Assembly: GCA_036653735.1 (NCBI GenBank)
Contig: JAVVTI010000004.1
Coordinates: forward strand, 1 to 43,912
Source: Bacilli bacterium
GTDB lineage: Bacteria; Bacillota_I; Bacilli_A; RF39; UBA660
DNA length: 43,912 nt
Direction of reading: 5' to 3'
Position 1 is the first letter of the stretch, and each line of letters begins with the position of its first letter. A program made the translations under genes and the position numbers. Positions 34,398 to 43,912 of the stretch are shown here, piece after piece. The notes beneath the pieces are model-generated. The model made no database searches. It was given only the letters and a program-made list of their open reading frames with translations, and had not been told where the DNA came from.

Positions 34398-35110
34398 AAG
34401 CTTTAATAGAAAAAACATATAATGATTATTTATTAATAAAAGAAATAGGGATAGATAAATATTTAAAAAACAATAAAAAAGCATTTATTGTTACTGTTAA
34501 TCCAGAAGCTTGTATGATTAGTGAAAATAGTAGAAGATATCAACAACTACTACTTGATAAAGATACCCTTTTAATTCCTGAGTCTGTAGGATGTGAAATA
34601 GGTATTAAAAAGATATGCAATAAAACTATAGAAAAAATTCCGGGCGTTGAATTGTTTGAAGATATACTAAAATTTGCTAATGAAAATTCAAAGAGTATAT
34701 ATCTGTATGGATCTATTGAAAAAGTTAATAATGATATGAAAACCTATGTTAAAAAACATTATAAAAATATTATTATAGTAGGATCAAATAATGGCTATGA
34801 TAAAGAAGAAGCAGTTATAATGGAAGACATAATTAAAACAAAACCAGATATTATAGCAGTAGCTTTAGGAATGCCTAAACAAGAACTATTTATAAATAAA
34901 ATTTATAAAAATGTTAAAAAAGGAATCTTTATAGGCGTTGGTGGTACATTTGATGTACTTAGTGGAAATGTAAAAAGAGCACCTAAGTTTTTTATAAAAC
35001 ATAATTTAGAATGGTTATATAGAATATGTGGAAGCTTTTATAGAGTAAAGAAGTTTTTTAGATATAATGTAAAATATGCATTAAAAATTTACTTTTATAA
35101 GAAAGATTGA
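34394..35110 (+). CDS. tagA: TagA/WecG/CpsF-family (GT26) N-acetylmannosaminyltransferase
   Basis: TVNPE, VALGMPKQE, GVGGTFDV.SG..KRAP, LEWLYR. Confidence 0.88.
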   Translation: MKALIEKTYNDYLLIKEIGIDKYLKNNKKAFIVTVNPEACMISENSRRYQQLLLDKDTLLIPESVGCEIGIKKICNKTIEKIPGVELFEDILKFANENSKSIYLYGSIEKVNNDMKTYVKKHYKNIIIVGSNNGYDKEEAVIMEDIIKTKPDIIAVALGMPKQELFINKIYKNVKKGIFIGVGGTFDVLSGNVKRAPKFFIKHNLEWLYRICGSFYRVKKFFRYNVKYALKIYFYKKD

Positions 35111-35138
35111 TATAATGATTTAAAGAAAAGGAAAAACT

Positions 35139-35924
35139 ATGATAAAGAATATTATTGAGAATATTAAAAAATATAAATTTTTAATGAAACAATTAGTATC
35201 TAGAGATTTTAAAGTAAAATATAAAAGAAGTACTTTAGGAGTTATTTGGAGTTTATTATATCCCCTTTTAATGATGATGGTAATGGCAATAGTGTTTTCT
35301 AAAATGTTTAAATTTAGTACCCCTGGAGTAAATTACTTAGTATATTTATTGACGGGATTAACTTTTTTCAACTATTTTAGTGAAGCAACAAATCTAGCTA
35401 TGTCATCAGTAGTAGGAAACTTCTCATTAATAAACAAAATATATATACCTAAATACATTTTTCCACTCTCAAAATGCTTGTTTGTTGGAATTAATTTTCT
35501 ATTAACACTAATTCCTCTTTATATTGTTATATTTGCAACTGGAACAGGTATAAATATTTATCACTTATTACTACCTTTTGCATTTGTTTGCTTATTCTTT
35601 TTTACAGTAGGTGTAAGCTTCATCTTAGCAACGGTTTCAGTTTTTATGAGAGATATGTTTTATATATATGGAATACTTCTAACTGTCTGGACTTATTTAA
35701 CACCCATTATGTATGACATAAAAATGATTAACTCAACACTTCAAATAATTCTAAAATGTAATCCTCTATACCAATTTATAAACTTTGCTAGAACAATAAT
35801 TTTGTATGGACAGTGTCCTTCACCATCTCAGTTTGGATTATGCTTACTATCATCAGTCTTAGTTTTATTTGTTGGTTTATATGTTTTTAGAAAGAAACAA
35901 GATAAATTTATATACTATATTTAA
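35139..35924 (+). CDS. Polysaccharide ABC exporter permease (Wzm/TagG-like)
   Basis: RDFKVKYKRS.LG..W, LINKIYIP, FMRD, TPIMY, NPL..R. Confidence 0.9.
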   Translation: MIKNIIENIKKYKFLMKQLVSRDFKVKYKRSTLGVIWSLLYPLLMMMVMAIVFSKMFKFSTPGVNYLVYLLTGLTFFNYFSEATNLAMSSVVGNFSLINKIYIPKYIFPLSKCLFVGINFLLTLIPLYIVIFATGTGINIYHLLLPFAFVCLFFFTVGVSFILATVSVFMRDMFYIYGILLTVWTYLTPIMYDIKMINSTLQIILKCNPLYQFINFARTIILYGQCPSPSQFGLCLLSSVLVLFVGLYVFRKKQDKFIYYI

Positions 35925-35938
35925 GAAAGGTGTGTAAA

Positions 35939-36688
35939 ATGGATAAAAATGTAATGATAAAAGTTAATAATGTATCTATGAAATTTAATTTAGGAATAGA
36001 AAAAAATTTCTCGCTTAAACAATTTTTTGTTGATATGTTTAATTTTAAAAAGAAAAAACATACTAAAGAAGATTTTTGGGCTTTAAAAGATATTGATTTT
36101 GAAGTAAAAAAAGGTGAAGTAGTAGGTTTTATTGGATCTAATGGTGCGGGTAAATCAACCCTTTTAAAAGTTGTCGCAGGAGTTATGAAACCCACTAAAG
36201 GAAAAGTTTTAGTAGGTGGAAATATATGCCCTATGATTGAGTTAGGTGCAGGTTTCGATATGGACCTTACCGCTAGAGAAAACATCTATTTAAATGGAGC
36301 CGTTCTAGGATACACTAAAAAGTTCTTAGATGAAAAATTTGATGATATTGTTGAATTCTCAGAACTTCAAGAATTTCTAGATGTCCCTGTACGAAACTTT
36401 TCCTCAGGAATGACGGCCAGATTAGCCTTCTCAATAGCAACCATAGTTGATCCTGAAATACTAATAGTTGATGAAATATTATCTGTGGGTGATATTGCAT
36501 TTCAAGCAAAGAGTGAAGCAAAAATGCTTAGTATGATAAAGGGAGGAACAACTGTTTTATATGTTTCACATTCAATAGAATCCATTAAAACAATGTGTAC
36601 CAGAGTCATTTGGATAGAGCACGGAATTGTACAAAAAATTGGTGATAATACTGTATGTGATGAGTACTATAAAAAAATGACTGAATAA
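35939..36688 (+). CDS. Polysaccharide ABC exporter ATPase (Wzt/TagH-like, no C-terminal CBM)
   Basis: GSNGAGKS, LTARENI, FSSGM..RLAF, IVDE.LSVGD, VSH. Confidence 0.92.
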   Translation: MDKNVMIKVNNVSMKFNLGIEKNFSLKQFFVDMFNFKKKKHTKEDFWALKDIDFEVKKGEVVGFIGSNGAGKSTLLKVVAGVMKPTKGKVLVGGNICPMIELGAGFDMDLTARENIYLNGAVLGYTKKFLDEKFDDIVEFSELQEFLDVPVRNFSSGMTARLAFSIATIVDPEILIVDEILSVGDIAFQAKSEAKMLSMIKGGTTVLYVSHSIESIKTMCTRVIWIEHGIVQKIGDNTVCDEYYKKMTE

Positions 36689-36725
36689 TCTTTTGATATA
36701 AATTTAATAAGAAAAGAGTATAACT

Positions 36726-37057
36726 ATGAAAAAAAGCATTATTAGATAAAAATATTTTATTGTTTATTTATATTATTTTATCTATACCATTCATTATATT
36801 TTTTACATCTTGGTATAGATTGTATATTTCTATTCCAGTTATTGCTATATCTAACTATTTCATCTTCTACAAACATTAACGAGTTTCATAGAATGCTTAA
36901 ATATTTTAAAACATCTAAATTTGACATTAAAAAGAATAGAAGTGACACATGGAAAACTTCTGAAAAAACACAGTTCTCGCTAGAGCTTGTTTATATTAAA
37001 AAATTTGTCTTGCCATATGACAAAAACAGATATATATTAAAATATATCATGAAATAA
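36726..37057 (+). pseudogene. Probable remnant of a membrane protein gene (frameshifted, apparently internally deleted)
   Basis: ATG plus an A7 run. Removing one A gives MKKALLDKNILLFIYIILSIPFIIFFTSWYRLYISIPVIA. A second frame then reads ...TNINEFHR...YILKYIMK-stop right before the next RBS. Confidence 0.5.
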
Positions 37058-37068
37058 AGGAGGATCAC

Positions 37069-38781
37069 ATGAAAGAAAAAAGCTATTATAAATTTGTATT
37101 TAATTTAGGTTTAATAATATTATTGTTTATTTTTAACAATATACTAATATCGTCACTAGGTTTTATAGTTCATAAATCCATTATGCCCTGTAATTTTATT
37201 TTATCAATATTTTTAACCTTAATAGTGTCAATTATTATTATGTATAAAAATGGGTATAAGCTCATTCATTACATTTCTAGTTTAGTTCTATTAGCTATAT
37301 TAGTTGGATTGAGCATATTTGCTAGTGCTAGAACATTTGATACTTCATGGGATGGAAACTCTTATCATAAGGCAGCTATTGGACAGCTTAAAAATGGATG
37401 GAATCCTGTTTACCAAAGTATAGAAGAATTTAATGAATCAGAAAATAATCCATTGGAATTAAAAGAACCTTGTGGACTTTGGAATAATCATTATGCAAAA
37501 GGCTATTGGATATTTTCTGCAAATATTTACAGTATAACAGATAATATTGAGACTGGAAAATCCTTTGCTATATTAATTGCTATAAGTACATTTCTCATTT
37601 TAGCGGGCTTTTTTATTACAAAAACTAATTATTTTTTAGGAACTTTATTGTCTTTATTGTTAGTTGTTAATCCTATATTCTTAGCACAAGCGCTAACTTT
37701 TTATAATGATGGCATTCTAGGTTTAATGTTATTGGTTCTAATTGTGTCGCTTATAATGATTATAGATAAAAATAGTAAATTTAAACAATATGAAAAATAT
37801 ATTTTATTTTTTTTGAGTTTGACAATATTAATAAATATCAAATTCTCAGGTTTTGCCTATGCAGGAATATATTCATTAGTTTTTTATATCTTTATTATAT
37901 TTAATAAACAATTAAGAAAAAAAGAATTTTGGCCAATGACATTAACGGCTATTTTCGCTTTAATTATAAGTCTTCTAATAATTGGTCTTTCTACTTATCC
38001 AAAAAATTTAATTGAACATAAAAATCCTTTTTATCCAATTTTCGGTGAAAACAAAGTTGATATTATGACACCTAACCAACCAAAAGGATTTGAGAATAAA
38101 AATAATATTGAAAAATTTCTAATAGCAAACTTCTCAAAAAGTAATTCAACCACTGAAAAACCTATTTTAAAAATTCCGTTCACATTTGATAAGAATGAAA
38201 TAAATAAATTAGTGGTTTGTGATTTAAGAACTGCTGGTTATGGAGTATTATTTAGTGGTATTTTAGTGTTATCATTTATAACTGTCATTGTAGGTCTGAT
38301 ATTATTACATAAAAAAGATAAGTCAAAATTTTGGATGTATATCCTGCCAATAATCGCGACACTAATATTAATATTGTTTCTAGGAGAATCTTGGTGGGCC
38401 AGATACTTGCCTCAATTATATGCCTTACCCATAATTTCTATTTTATTATTAAACGAATTAAAGACCTCAAAAACAAAAAATGCACTTAAATGGCTAATAA
38501 TAATTTTATTAATTTTGAATATGTGTATTTTTATATCTTTAAGATATAAAATTAAAAGTATGAATTTTAAATCTATTAGAAATGAGATAAATAATATTAA
38601 ACAAATACCAGAAGATAAATTGCTTTATGTGTCTACAGAAAATTTTGATGGTGCAATTTATAGTTTATTTGATTATCATTATAATATAAAGGTTGTAGAT
38701 CATAAAGATGATATGAGTAAATACAGGAAAAGTACTTTTTATTTAAATTATTTGAATACTTATGATGAAAGGGATTTATAA
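37069..38781 (+). CDS. Polytopic membrane protein, probable GT-C fold glycosyltransferase
   Basis: More than 10 TM helices, acidic first loop motif DTSWDGNSYH, YND, IKFSG, NPFYP, WWARY.P. Confidence 0.65.
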   Translation: MKEKSYYKFVFNLGLIILLFIFNNILISSLGFIVHKSIMPCNFILSIFLTLIVSIIIMYKNGYKLIHYISSLVLLAILVGLSIFASARTFDTSWDGNSYHKAAIGQLKNGWNPVYQSIEEFNESENNPLELKEPCGLWNNHYAKGYWIFSANIYSITDNIETGKSFAILIAISTFLILAGFFITKTNYFLGTLLSLLLVVNPIFLAQALTFYNDGILGLMLLVLIVSLIMIIDKNSKFKQYEKYILFFLSLTILINIKFSGFAYAGIYSLVFYIFIIFNKQLRKKEFWPMTLTAIFALIISLLIIGLSTYPKNLIEHKNPFYPIFGENKVDIMTPNQPKGFENKNNIEKFLIANFSKSNSTTEKPILKIPFTFDKNEINKLVVCDLRTAGYGVLFSGILVLSFITVIVGLILLHKKDKSKFWMYILPIIATLILILFLGESWWARYLPQLYALPIISILLLNELKTSKTKNALKWLIIILLILNMCIFISLRYKIKSMNFKSIRNEINNIKQIPEDKLLYVSTENFDGAIYSLFDYHYNIKVVDHKDDMSKYRKSTFYLNYLNTYDERDL

Positions 38782-38782
38782 A

Positions 38783-39667
38783 ATGAAAAATATAATGAAA
38801 TTAATGCGTGTAAAGCATTATATTAAAAATTGCTTAATATTTTTACCGATATTTTTTAGCCAAAAGACATTAGGAATTGATGAGATATTTAAAGTCATAT
38901 TAGGCTTTATATCTTTTTCATTAATATCTTCTTGTATTTATATTTTAAATGATATTTGTGATGTTGATAAAGATAGAAATCATCCAACAAAAAAAGATAG
39001 ACCAATAGCAAGCGGAGAAGTTAGTATACGAAATGCATATCTTCTAGCAATAGCTTTATTTATTGTTTCATTAATTATAAATTATATATCTTCAGGTTTT
39101 AATTTCATATCTTTTGGATTGCTACTATTATATTTTGTACTAAATGTTCTATATTCTCTCGGATTAAAAAATATAGCTTTAGTTGATATTGTCATATTAG
39201 TATCAGGTTTTCTAATAAGACTTCTATATGGAGCTGAAATTGTTGATGTTCATATTTCTCATTGGCTTTACTTGACAGTAATGTCAATGGCATTCTATTT
39301 AGGATTAGGCAAGAGAAGAAATGAATTAGGCAATCAAGGATTAAAGACACGTAGTGTATTGAAAAAATATAACTATGAATTTTTAGATAAAAACATGTGT
39401 CTTTGCTTGTGTCTTACAATAGTTTTCTATTCACTTTGGTGTATAGATCCTAATATTGTTAAATTACATCCGCAATTATTATGGACAATTCCTTTAGTAT
39501 TGGTTATCTGTATGAAGTATAGTTTAACTATTGAAGGGCAATCGTCTGGAGACCCCGTAGATGTAGTTTTAAATGATAAAATGTTAATGAGTTTGATTTT
39601 TATTTACGGTATTGTCATAACATGGTTTTTCTACGGTACTACTATTATCGGACTATTTAGATTATAA
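38783..39667 (+). CDS. UbiA-family polyprenyl-phosphate phosphoribosyltransferase (DPPR synthase-like)
   Basis: RVKHYIKN, YILND..D...DRNHPTK..RPIASG, YS..LK, GKRRNE, GDP motifs. Confidence 0.85.
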   Translation: MKNIMKLMRVKHYIKNCLIFLPIFFSQKTLGIDEIFKVILGFISFSLISSCIYILNDICDVDKDRNHPTKKDRPIASGEVSIRNAYLLAIALFIVSLIINYISSGFNFISFGLLLLYFVLNVLYSLGLKNIALVDIVILVSGFLIRLLYGAEIVDVHISHWLYLTVMSMAFYLGLGKRRNELGNQGLKTRSVLKKYNYEFLDKNMCLCLCLTIVFYSLWCIDPNIVKLHPQLLWTIPLVLVICMKYSLTIEGQSSGDPVDVVLNDKMLMSLIFIYGIVITWFFYGTTIIGLFRL

Positions 39668-39676
39668 AAATAATTG

Positions 39677-39705
39677 TTTACAATTCTGTTAAAACCATTT
39701 ATAAT
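39677..39705 (+). promoter_or_regulatory. Internal sigma-A-type promoter
   Basis: TTTACA-17 bp-TATAAT in the gap before the last GT block. Confidence 0.6.
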
Positions 39706-39823
39706 AGAGATAGATTTATAGATTTTATTAGAACAAATATTTTAAAAATTGATATATATTTTAAATTGGAGTTAAAATTAAAAATGCTAACAAAAGGCAT
39801 TAATAGAACAAAAAAACTTAAGA

Positions 39824-40990
39824 ATGGAAATAGGTGAAAAATTGAAAAATGACGAAGAGATTATTAATTTAAAAAAACATATAGATTATAAGACTAAAGT
39901 TTGTGAGAGAATGAAGACTTCTCCTATTTTAGATGATTTTAAATTCTTACAAAAAAGAATAAAAAACAAAGAATTTAAAGGGATTATATTATATGCAGAA
40001 GCTGTAATGTGGGAACCCATCCAAAGACCTCAACAATTATTAAAACAGCTAGCTAAAAATGGATATTTATGTTTTTTTTGTGAGATAAATAATAAAGAAA
40101 ATTATGTTTTGAAAGAAATAAATAAAAACTTATTTGTTGTTAATGGTGAAGAAATATTATTACCACTGCTACAAAATGAAGAAATAATTTTTTATATATC
40201 ATATTTTTTACAATATGTTTTTTCACAACATTTTACAAAAAAAATTATATGGTTTGATATACTTGATCGATTAGACTTTTTCTCTATCTATAATAAATAT
40301 AGTGAAAAAATATGGAGAGAACTAAGAAAAAACGCCGACTTTATTACTTATTCTGCGTTAAAATTGAAGCATTATACAAAATCAAGAAAATCAATTTTAT
40401 TACAAAACGCTGCTAATCCGGAAGATTTTGAAATAGATCAAGACATTGTTTATGAAGACTTGCAAAATATTATTTTGAAAGGTAAAAAAATAATAGGTTA
40501 TTATGGAGCAATTGAAAAATGGTTTGAATGGGATATTATTAAATTATTAAATGATTCAGATAAATATTCTATTGTTCTAATTGGTAATATTGGAGTTGAA
40601 GTAGATAAAAGTTTGAAAAACGTTTACTATTTAGGCCCAAAAAAATATTCTGATCTAAAATATTATGCTTCACACTTTGATGTTGCATTGATACCATTCA
40701 TAGTAAATTCAATTACAAATTATGTATCACCAGTTAAATTTTTCGAATATTTAGCATTTCATTTACCTGTTCTTAGCACAAATATTTATGAAATGAAACA
40801 ATATAAAACTAGTGTTTTAAAAATAATAAATAAAAAAGAAATAAAACACGTAGAAAAATATATAGATGAACTAATAAAGATTGATAAAGAAACCGTTATT
40901 GCTGAAACATCTAAAATTTTAGCAGAAAACACATGGTCTATTAGGGCTAATAAAATAATCGAATTAATAAATAGGAGTAAAGAATTATGA
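39824..40990 (+). CDS. GT-B glycosyltransferase (TuaH/YqgM-like), paralog of 33087..34397; true start may be TTG 39842
   Basis: IQRPQQL, IGYYGAIEKW, SPVKFFEYLA, ENTW. Confidence 0.85.
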   Translation: MEIGEKLKNDEEIINLKKHIDYKTKVCERMKTSPILDDFKFLQKRIKNKEFKGIILYAEAVMWEPIQRPQQLLKQLAKNGYLCFFCEINNKENYVLKEINKNLFVVNGEEILLPLLQNEEIIFYISYFLQYVFSQHFTKKIIWFDILDRLDFFSIYNKYSEKIWRELRKNADFITYSALKLKHYTKSRKSILLQNAANPEDFEIDQDIVYEDLQNIILKGKKIIGYYGAIEKWFEWDIIKLLNDSDKYSIVLIGNIGVEVDKSLKNVYYLGPKKYSDLKYYASHFDVALIPFIVNSITNYVSPVKFFEYLAFHLPVLSTNIYEMKQYKTSVLKIINKKEIKHVEKYIDELIKIDKETVIAETSKILAENTWSIRANKIIELINRSKEL

Positions 40991-42876
40991 ACAATGATGA
41001 TTTAAGAAGTTATAGAGTATTAAGAAAATATAAGATAGTATCAATTGTTAACGCTATGCTTATATTCAAAGACAATGGATTTAAAGGAATAAAAAATAAA
41101 TTAATAAAAAAAATGAAAAAATCTAATGGTACTATAATAAAATTAAGTAAGCCTGTTTTCAAAATAGGATTTATTGATGTGGTTGTGGATTCTGAAGGGG
41201 ATATTAACAAAATTATTTCTAAACTTGAGAATTTAAATTTAAAGATTAACTTCTTTAAAATTAATAAGAAAAATGTAGAGACTAAGAACTATCAAATAAT
41301 AAGTAAATCTACTTTTGAAAATATTTTTGAAAAAAGAGCCTTTATTTACATAGGAGAAAAACAATGTAACTTTGATTTCTGCGCAAATATAAAATATAAA
41401 ACCGAGAATTTAAAAGATGCTATTAATAATCTTCTTATTGATTCTAATAATTTAAAATTATTAGCTAATTACAATCAACGAAATAATGTATCAGTTAAAG
41501 CGGCAACTTTCTTTGATTTTACTGGTACGAACTATTACTCTGGAGGAGCCGAAAGATATTTAATTGACCTTCACGACGTGTGTAAGTCATTAGGTTTAAA
41601 CTTAAATATTTATCAGAATGCAGAAAAGCCTTTTTTTAGAAAATACAATAATATTAATGTTATAGGATTAAAAGTAAAAGACATGTCAGTGGCCTATAAC
41701 CCTTCTTATTTTGATAAACAAACTCAGAACTATATCTCTCATACAATCTATAATAGTCAATTACACATATATTCAGCATTTCAAGAATGTTATCCTAATC
41801 ATATTGGCCCATCAGTTGGAATTAGCCATGGTGTAAGTTGGGATTGCAAGTCAAATGTATCATCTGATGGATTAACCTTTTGGAATAATAAAAGACAATT
41901 TATTGAAGGCGCTATGTTGTGTGACAAATTGGTATCAGTAGACACTAATACAGCAAATTGGTTTCAAACCATTGATTTTGAACTAGGAAATAAAAAGTTT
42001 TCTGTTATACCAAATTATGTAGATACTAAAGAGTTTTGTCCTAGAAAAGATTACTTAAAGAAAAGAGATAAAATAGTTATAACCTATCCTAGGAGATTAT
42101 ATGAGCCTAGAGGTATGTATATTGTACTTAATATTATTGATAAGATTTTCCAAAAGTATGATAATGTAGAGTTTCATTTTGTTGGAAAAGGATTTGACGA
42201 AGACGTAAAAAACATTGAAAATAAAATAAAAAAATATCCTGATAAAATATTTTGTTATAATAAAACTCCTTTTGAAATGGAAAAAGTATATAAAATGTCA
42301 GATATTAGTTTAATACCAACTCTTTACAGCGAGGGAACAAGTTTATCGTGTCTAGAGGCAATGGCAAGTGGAAATATTGTTGTTTCTACAAGGATTGGCG
42401 GCTTGACAGATCTAATAATAAACAATTATAATGGTTATTTAATAGAGCCTAATGAAAATGCTTTACTTGCAACCCTAGAGGATATTCTAGAGAATTATGA
42501 TAAGCAAGAAAAAATAAAAACTTTAGCGGTAGAAACTGCAAAAGCATTTAACAAAGATAAATGGAGAAAAAGCTGGATAAAAGTAATTAATTCATTTAAT
42601 TTAAAAAACAAATCAAATAATAATGAATTAATTGAAGTATATGTAAAAAATGCTAATCTTATGAATGAAAAAACCATTGAAATATTAAAGACTGAACTAA
42701 ACAAAGGAAATTTAATTTATTTAAGAAGTAAACATCCTTTAAAAAAGGATACATTGAGCTACGGATTATTACAAGTTATAGGTTTTGACGAAAAAATGGA
42801 AAGCGAAGCATCAAAAGTTTACGTTGAAAAAGGATTAGATATTAAAAATAAAACGAAGATTATTGAAATAAAATAA
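40987..42876 (+). CDS. GT4-family glycosyltransferase with N- and C-terminal extensions
   Basis: GGAERY, IPNYVD, PRRL, SEGTSLSCLEAMASG (EX7E), NGYLI. Confidence 0.88.
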   Translation: MNNDDLRSYRVLRKYKIVSIVNAMLIFKDNGFKGIKNKLIKKMKKSNGTIIKLSKPVFKIGFIDVVVDSEGDINKIISKLENLNLKINFFKINKKNVETKNYQIISKSTFENIFEKRAFIYIGEKQCNFDFCANIKYKTENLKDAINNLLIDSNNLKLLANYNQRNNVSVKAATFFDFTGTNYYSGGAERYLIDLHDVCKSLGLNLNIYQNAEKPFFRKYNNINVIGLKVKDMSVAYNPSYFDKQTQNYISHTIYNSQLHIYSAFQECYPNHIGPSVGISHGVSWDCKSNVSSDGLTFWNNKRQFIEGAMLCDKLVSVDTNTANWFQTIDFELGNKKFSVIPNYVDTKEFCPRKDYLKKRDKIVITYPRRLYEPRGMYIVLNIIDKIFQKYDNVEFHFVGKGFDEDVKNIENKIKKYPDKIFCYNKTPFEMEKVYKMSDISLIPTLYSEGTSLSCLEAMASGNIVVSTRIGGLTDLIINNYNGYLIEPNENALLATLEDILENYDKQEKIKTLAVETAKAFNKDKWRKSWIKVINSFNLKNKSNNNELIEVYVKNANLMNEKTIEILKTELNKGNLIYLRSKHPLKKDTLSYGLLQVIGFDEKMESEASKVYVEKGLDIKNKTKIIEIK

Positions 42877-42906
42877 AACGGGTTTTTAAGAAAGAAGGAG
42901 AAAAAA

Positions 42907-43912
42907 ATGATTAAAGTAATGTCAATATTTGGAACTAGACCTGAAGCTATTAAAATGGCACCTCTAGTAAAGGAATTAGAGAGTCGCAGTGAAATAGAAA
43001 GCATAGTTTGTGTAACAGCACAACATAGAGAAATGCTTGATCAAGTGTTAGAGGTTTTTAATATTAAACCTGATTATGATTTAAATATTATGTCACAAGG
43101 TCAAACATTAACAGACATAACTGTTAAAGCAATAAAAGGATTAGAAAGTGTAATACAAGAATCAAAACCAGATTTAATTCTTGTTCATGGAGATACATCT
43201 ACTACATTTGCAGGAGCACTTGCAGCTTTTTATAATCAAGTTTCTATAGGACATGTTGAGGCTGGACTAAGAACATGGGATAAATATTCACCATGGCCTG
43301 AAGAAATGAATAGGCAAATGGTAGATAGGTTAGCAGATATATATTTTGCTCCAACAGAAGTTTCAAAACAGAACCTTCTTAATGAAGGAATAGATTCAAA
43401 GAAAATTTTTATTACTGGTAATACAGCAATAGATGCTATGAAGTATACAATAAAAAATGATTATGATCATGAAGTATTTTCCTGGATTGGAAATGATAGA
43501 ATGATACTTTTAACAGCACATAGAAGAGAAAACCTAGGAGAACCTATGAGACACATATTCAAAGCTGTTAAAAGGATAGTAGAAGAGTTTAAAGATGTTA
43601 AAGTAATATATCCAATACATTTAAATCCTAAAGTAAGAGAAATAGCTAATGAAGTATTAAAAGATAATGATAGAATAAAGCTTATTGAGCCACTAGAAGT
43701 AGTTGATTTTCATAATTTTATAGCTAAGGCAAATATAATACTAACTGATAGTGGTGGAATACAAGAGGAAGCTCCATCACAAGGTAAACCAGTATTAGTA
43801 CTTAGAGATACTACTGAAAGACCTGAAGGAATAAAGGCAGGAACTCTTAAATTAGTAGGTACAGTAGAAGAAACTATATATGAAGAAACTAAAAAACTAT
43901 TGCTTGATAAAA
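42907..43912 (+). CDS. wecB: UDP-N-acetylglucosamine 2-epimerase (non-hydrolysing, WecB/MnaA), truncated by window end
   Basis: My translation gives MIKVMSIFGTRPEAIKMAP, QHREML, VHGDT, GHVEAGLR, HRREN, TDSGGIQEEAP, TERPE. RBS AAGGAG. Absent from the ORF track because it lacks a stop. Confidence 0.96.
   Translation, partial: MIKVMSIFGTRPEAIKMAPLVKELESRSEIESIVCVTAQHREMLDQVLEVFNIKPDYDLNIMSQGQTLTDITVKAIKGLESVIQESKPDLILVHGDTSTTFAGALAAFYNQVSIGHVEAGLRTWDKYSPWPEEMNRQMVDRLADIYFAPTEVSKQNLLNEGIDSKKIFITGNTAIDAMKYTIKNDYDHEVFSWIGNDRMILLTAHRRENLGEPMRHIFKAVKRIVEEFKDVKVIYPIHLNPKVREIANEVLKDNDRIKLIEPLEVVDFHNFIAKANIILTDSGGIQEEAPSQGKPVLVLRDTTERPEGIKAGTLKLVGTVEETIYEETKKLLLDK

Overview
AT-rich chromosomal window from a low-GC Bacillota-type bacterium using the standard code (TGA is a stop, Trp is TGG). 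The Mollicutes-like short 5S rRNA, SipW-type precursor and cell-wall genes suggest an RF39-like Bacilli lineage, but that placement is inference only. Order of content: the 3' part of an rRNA operon (16S end, tRNA-less spacer, 23S, 5S) and a separately promoted tRNA-His. Next is a minus-strand gene pair resembling an alpha-helical endospore-appendage (A-ENA-like) fibre subunit and a signal-peptide-less CshA/DUF11 adhesin that ends in the same helical domain. Housekeeping and membrane genes follow (HI0933 flavoprotein, NUDIX, polar amino acid ABC importer, TasA-like precursor, degenerate ABC exporter, DgkB-family kinase, ligA, degenerate GGDEF sensor, YihY, LtaS). A minus-strand cluster then pairs a dockerin-bearing GH73-like cell-wall hydrolase with a membrane-anchored cohesin-like protein and an LCP protein. 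The window ends in a cell-wall glycopolymer cluster (tagO, gpsA, ligase/polymerase-like protein, GTs, tagA, wzm/wzt, GT-C, UbiA-type phosphoribosyltransferase, partial wecB/mnaA). Best leads: the A-ENA-like fibre plus adhesin, the non-cellulosomal cohesin-dockerin autolysin pair, and a structured ~106-nt element flanked by exact 38-bp direct repeats. All family calls come from motif recognition by eye; no searches were run.
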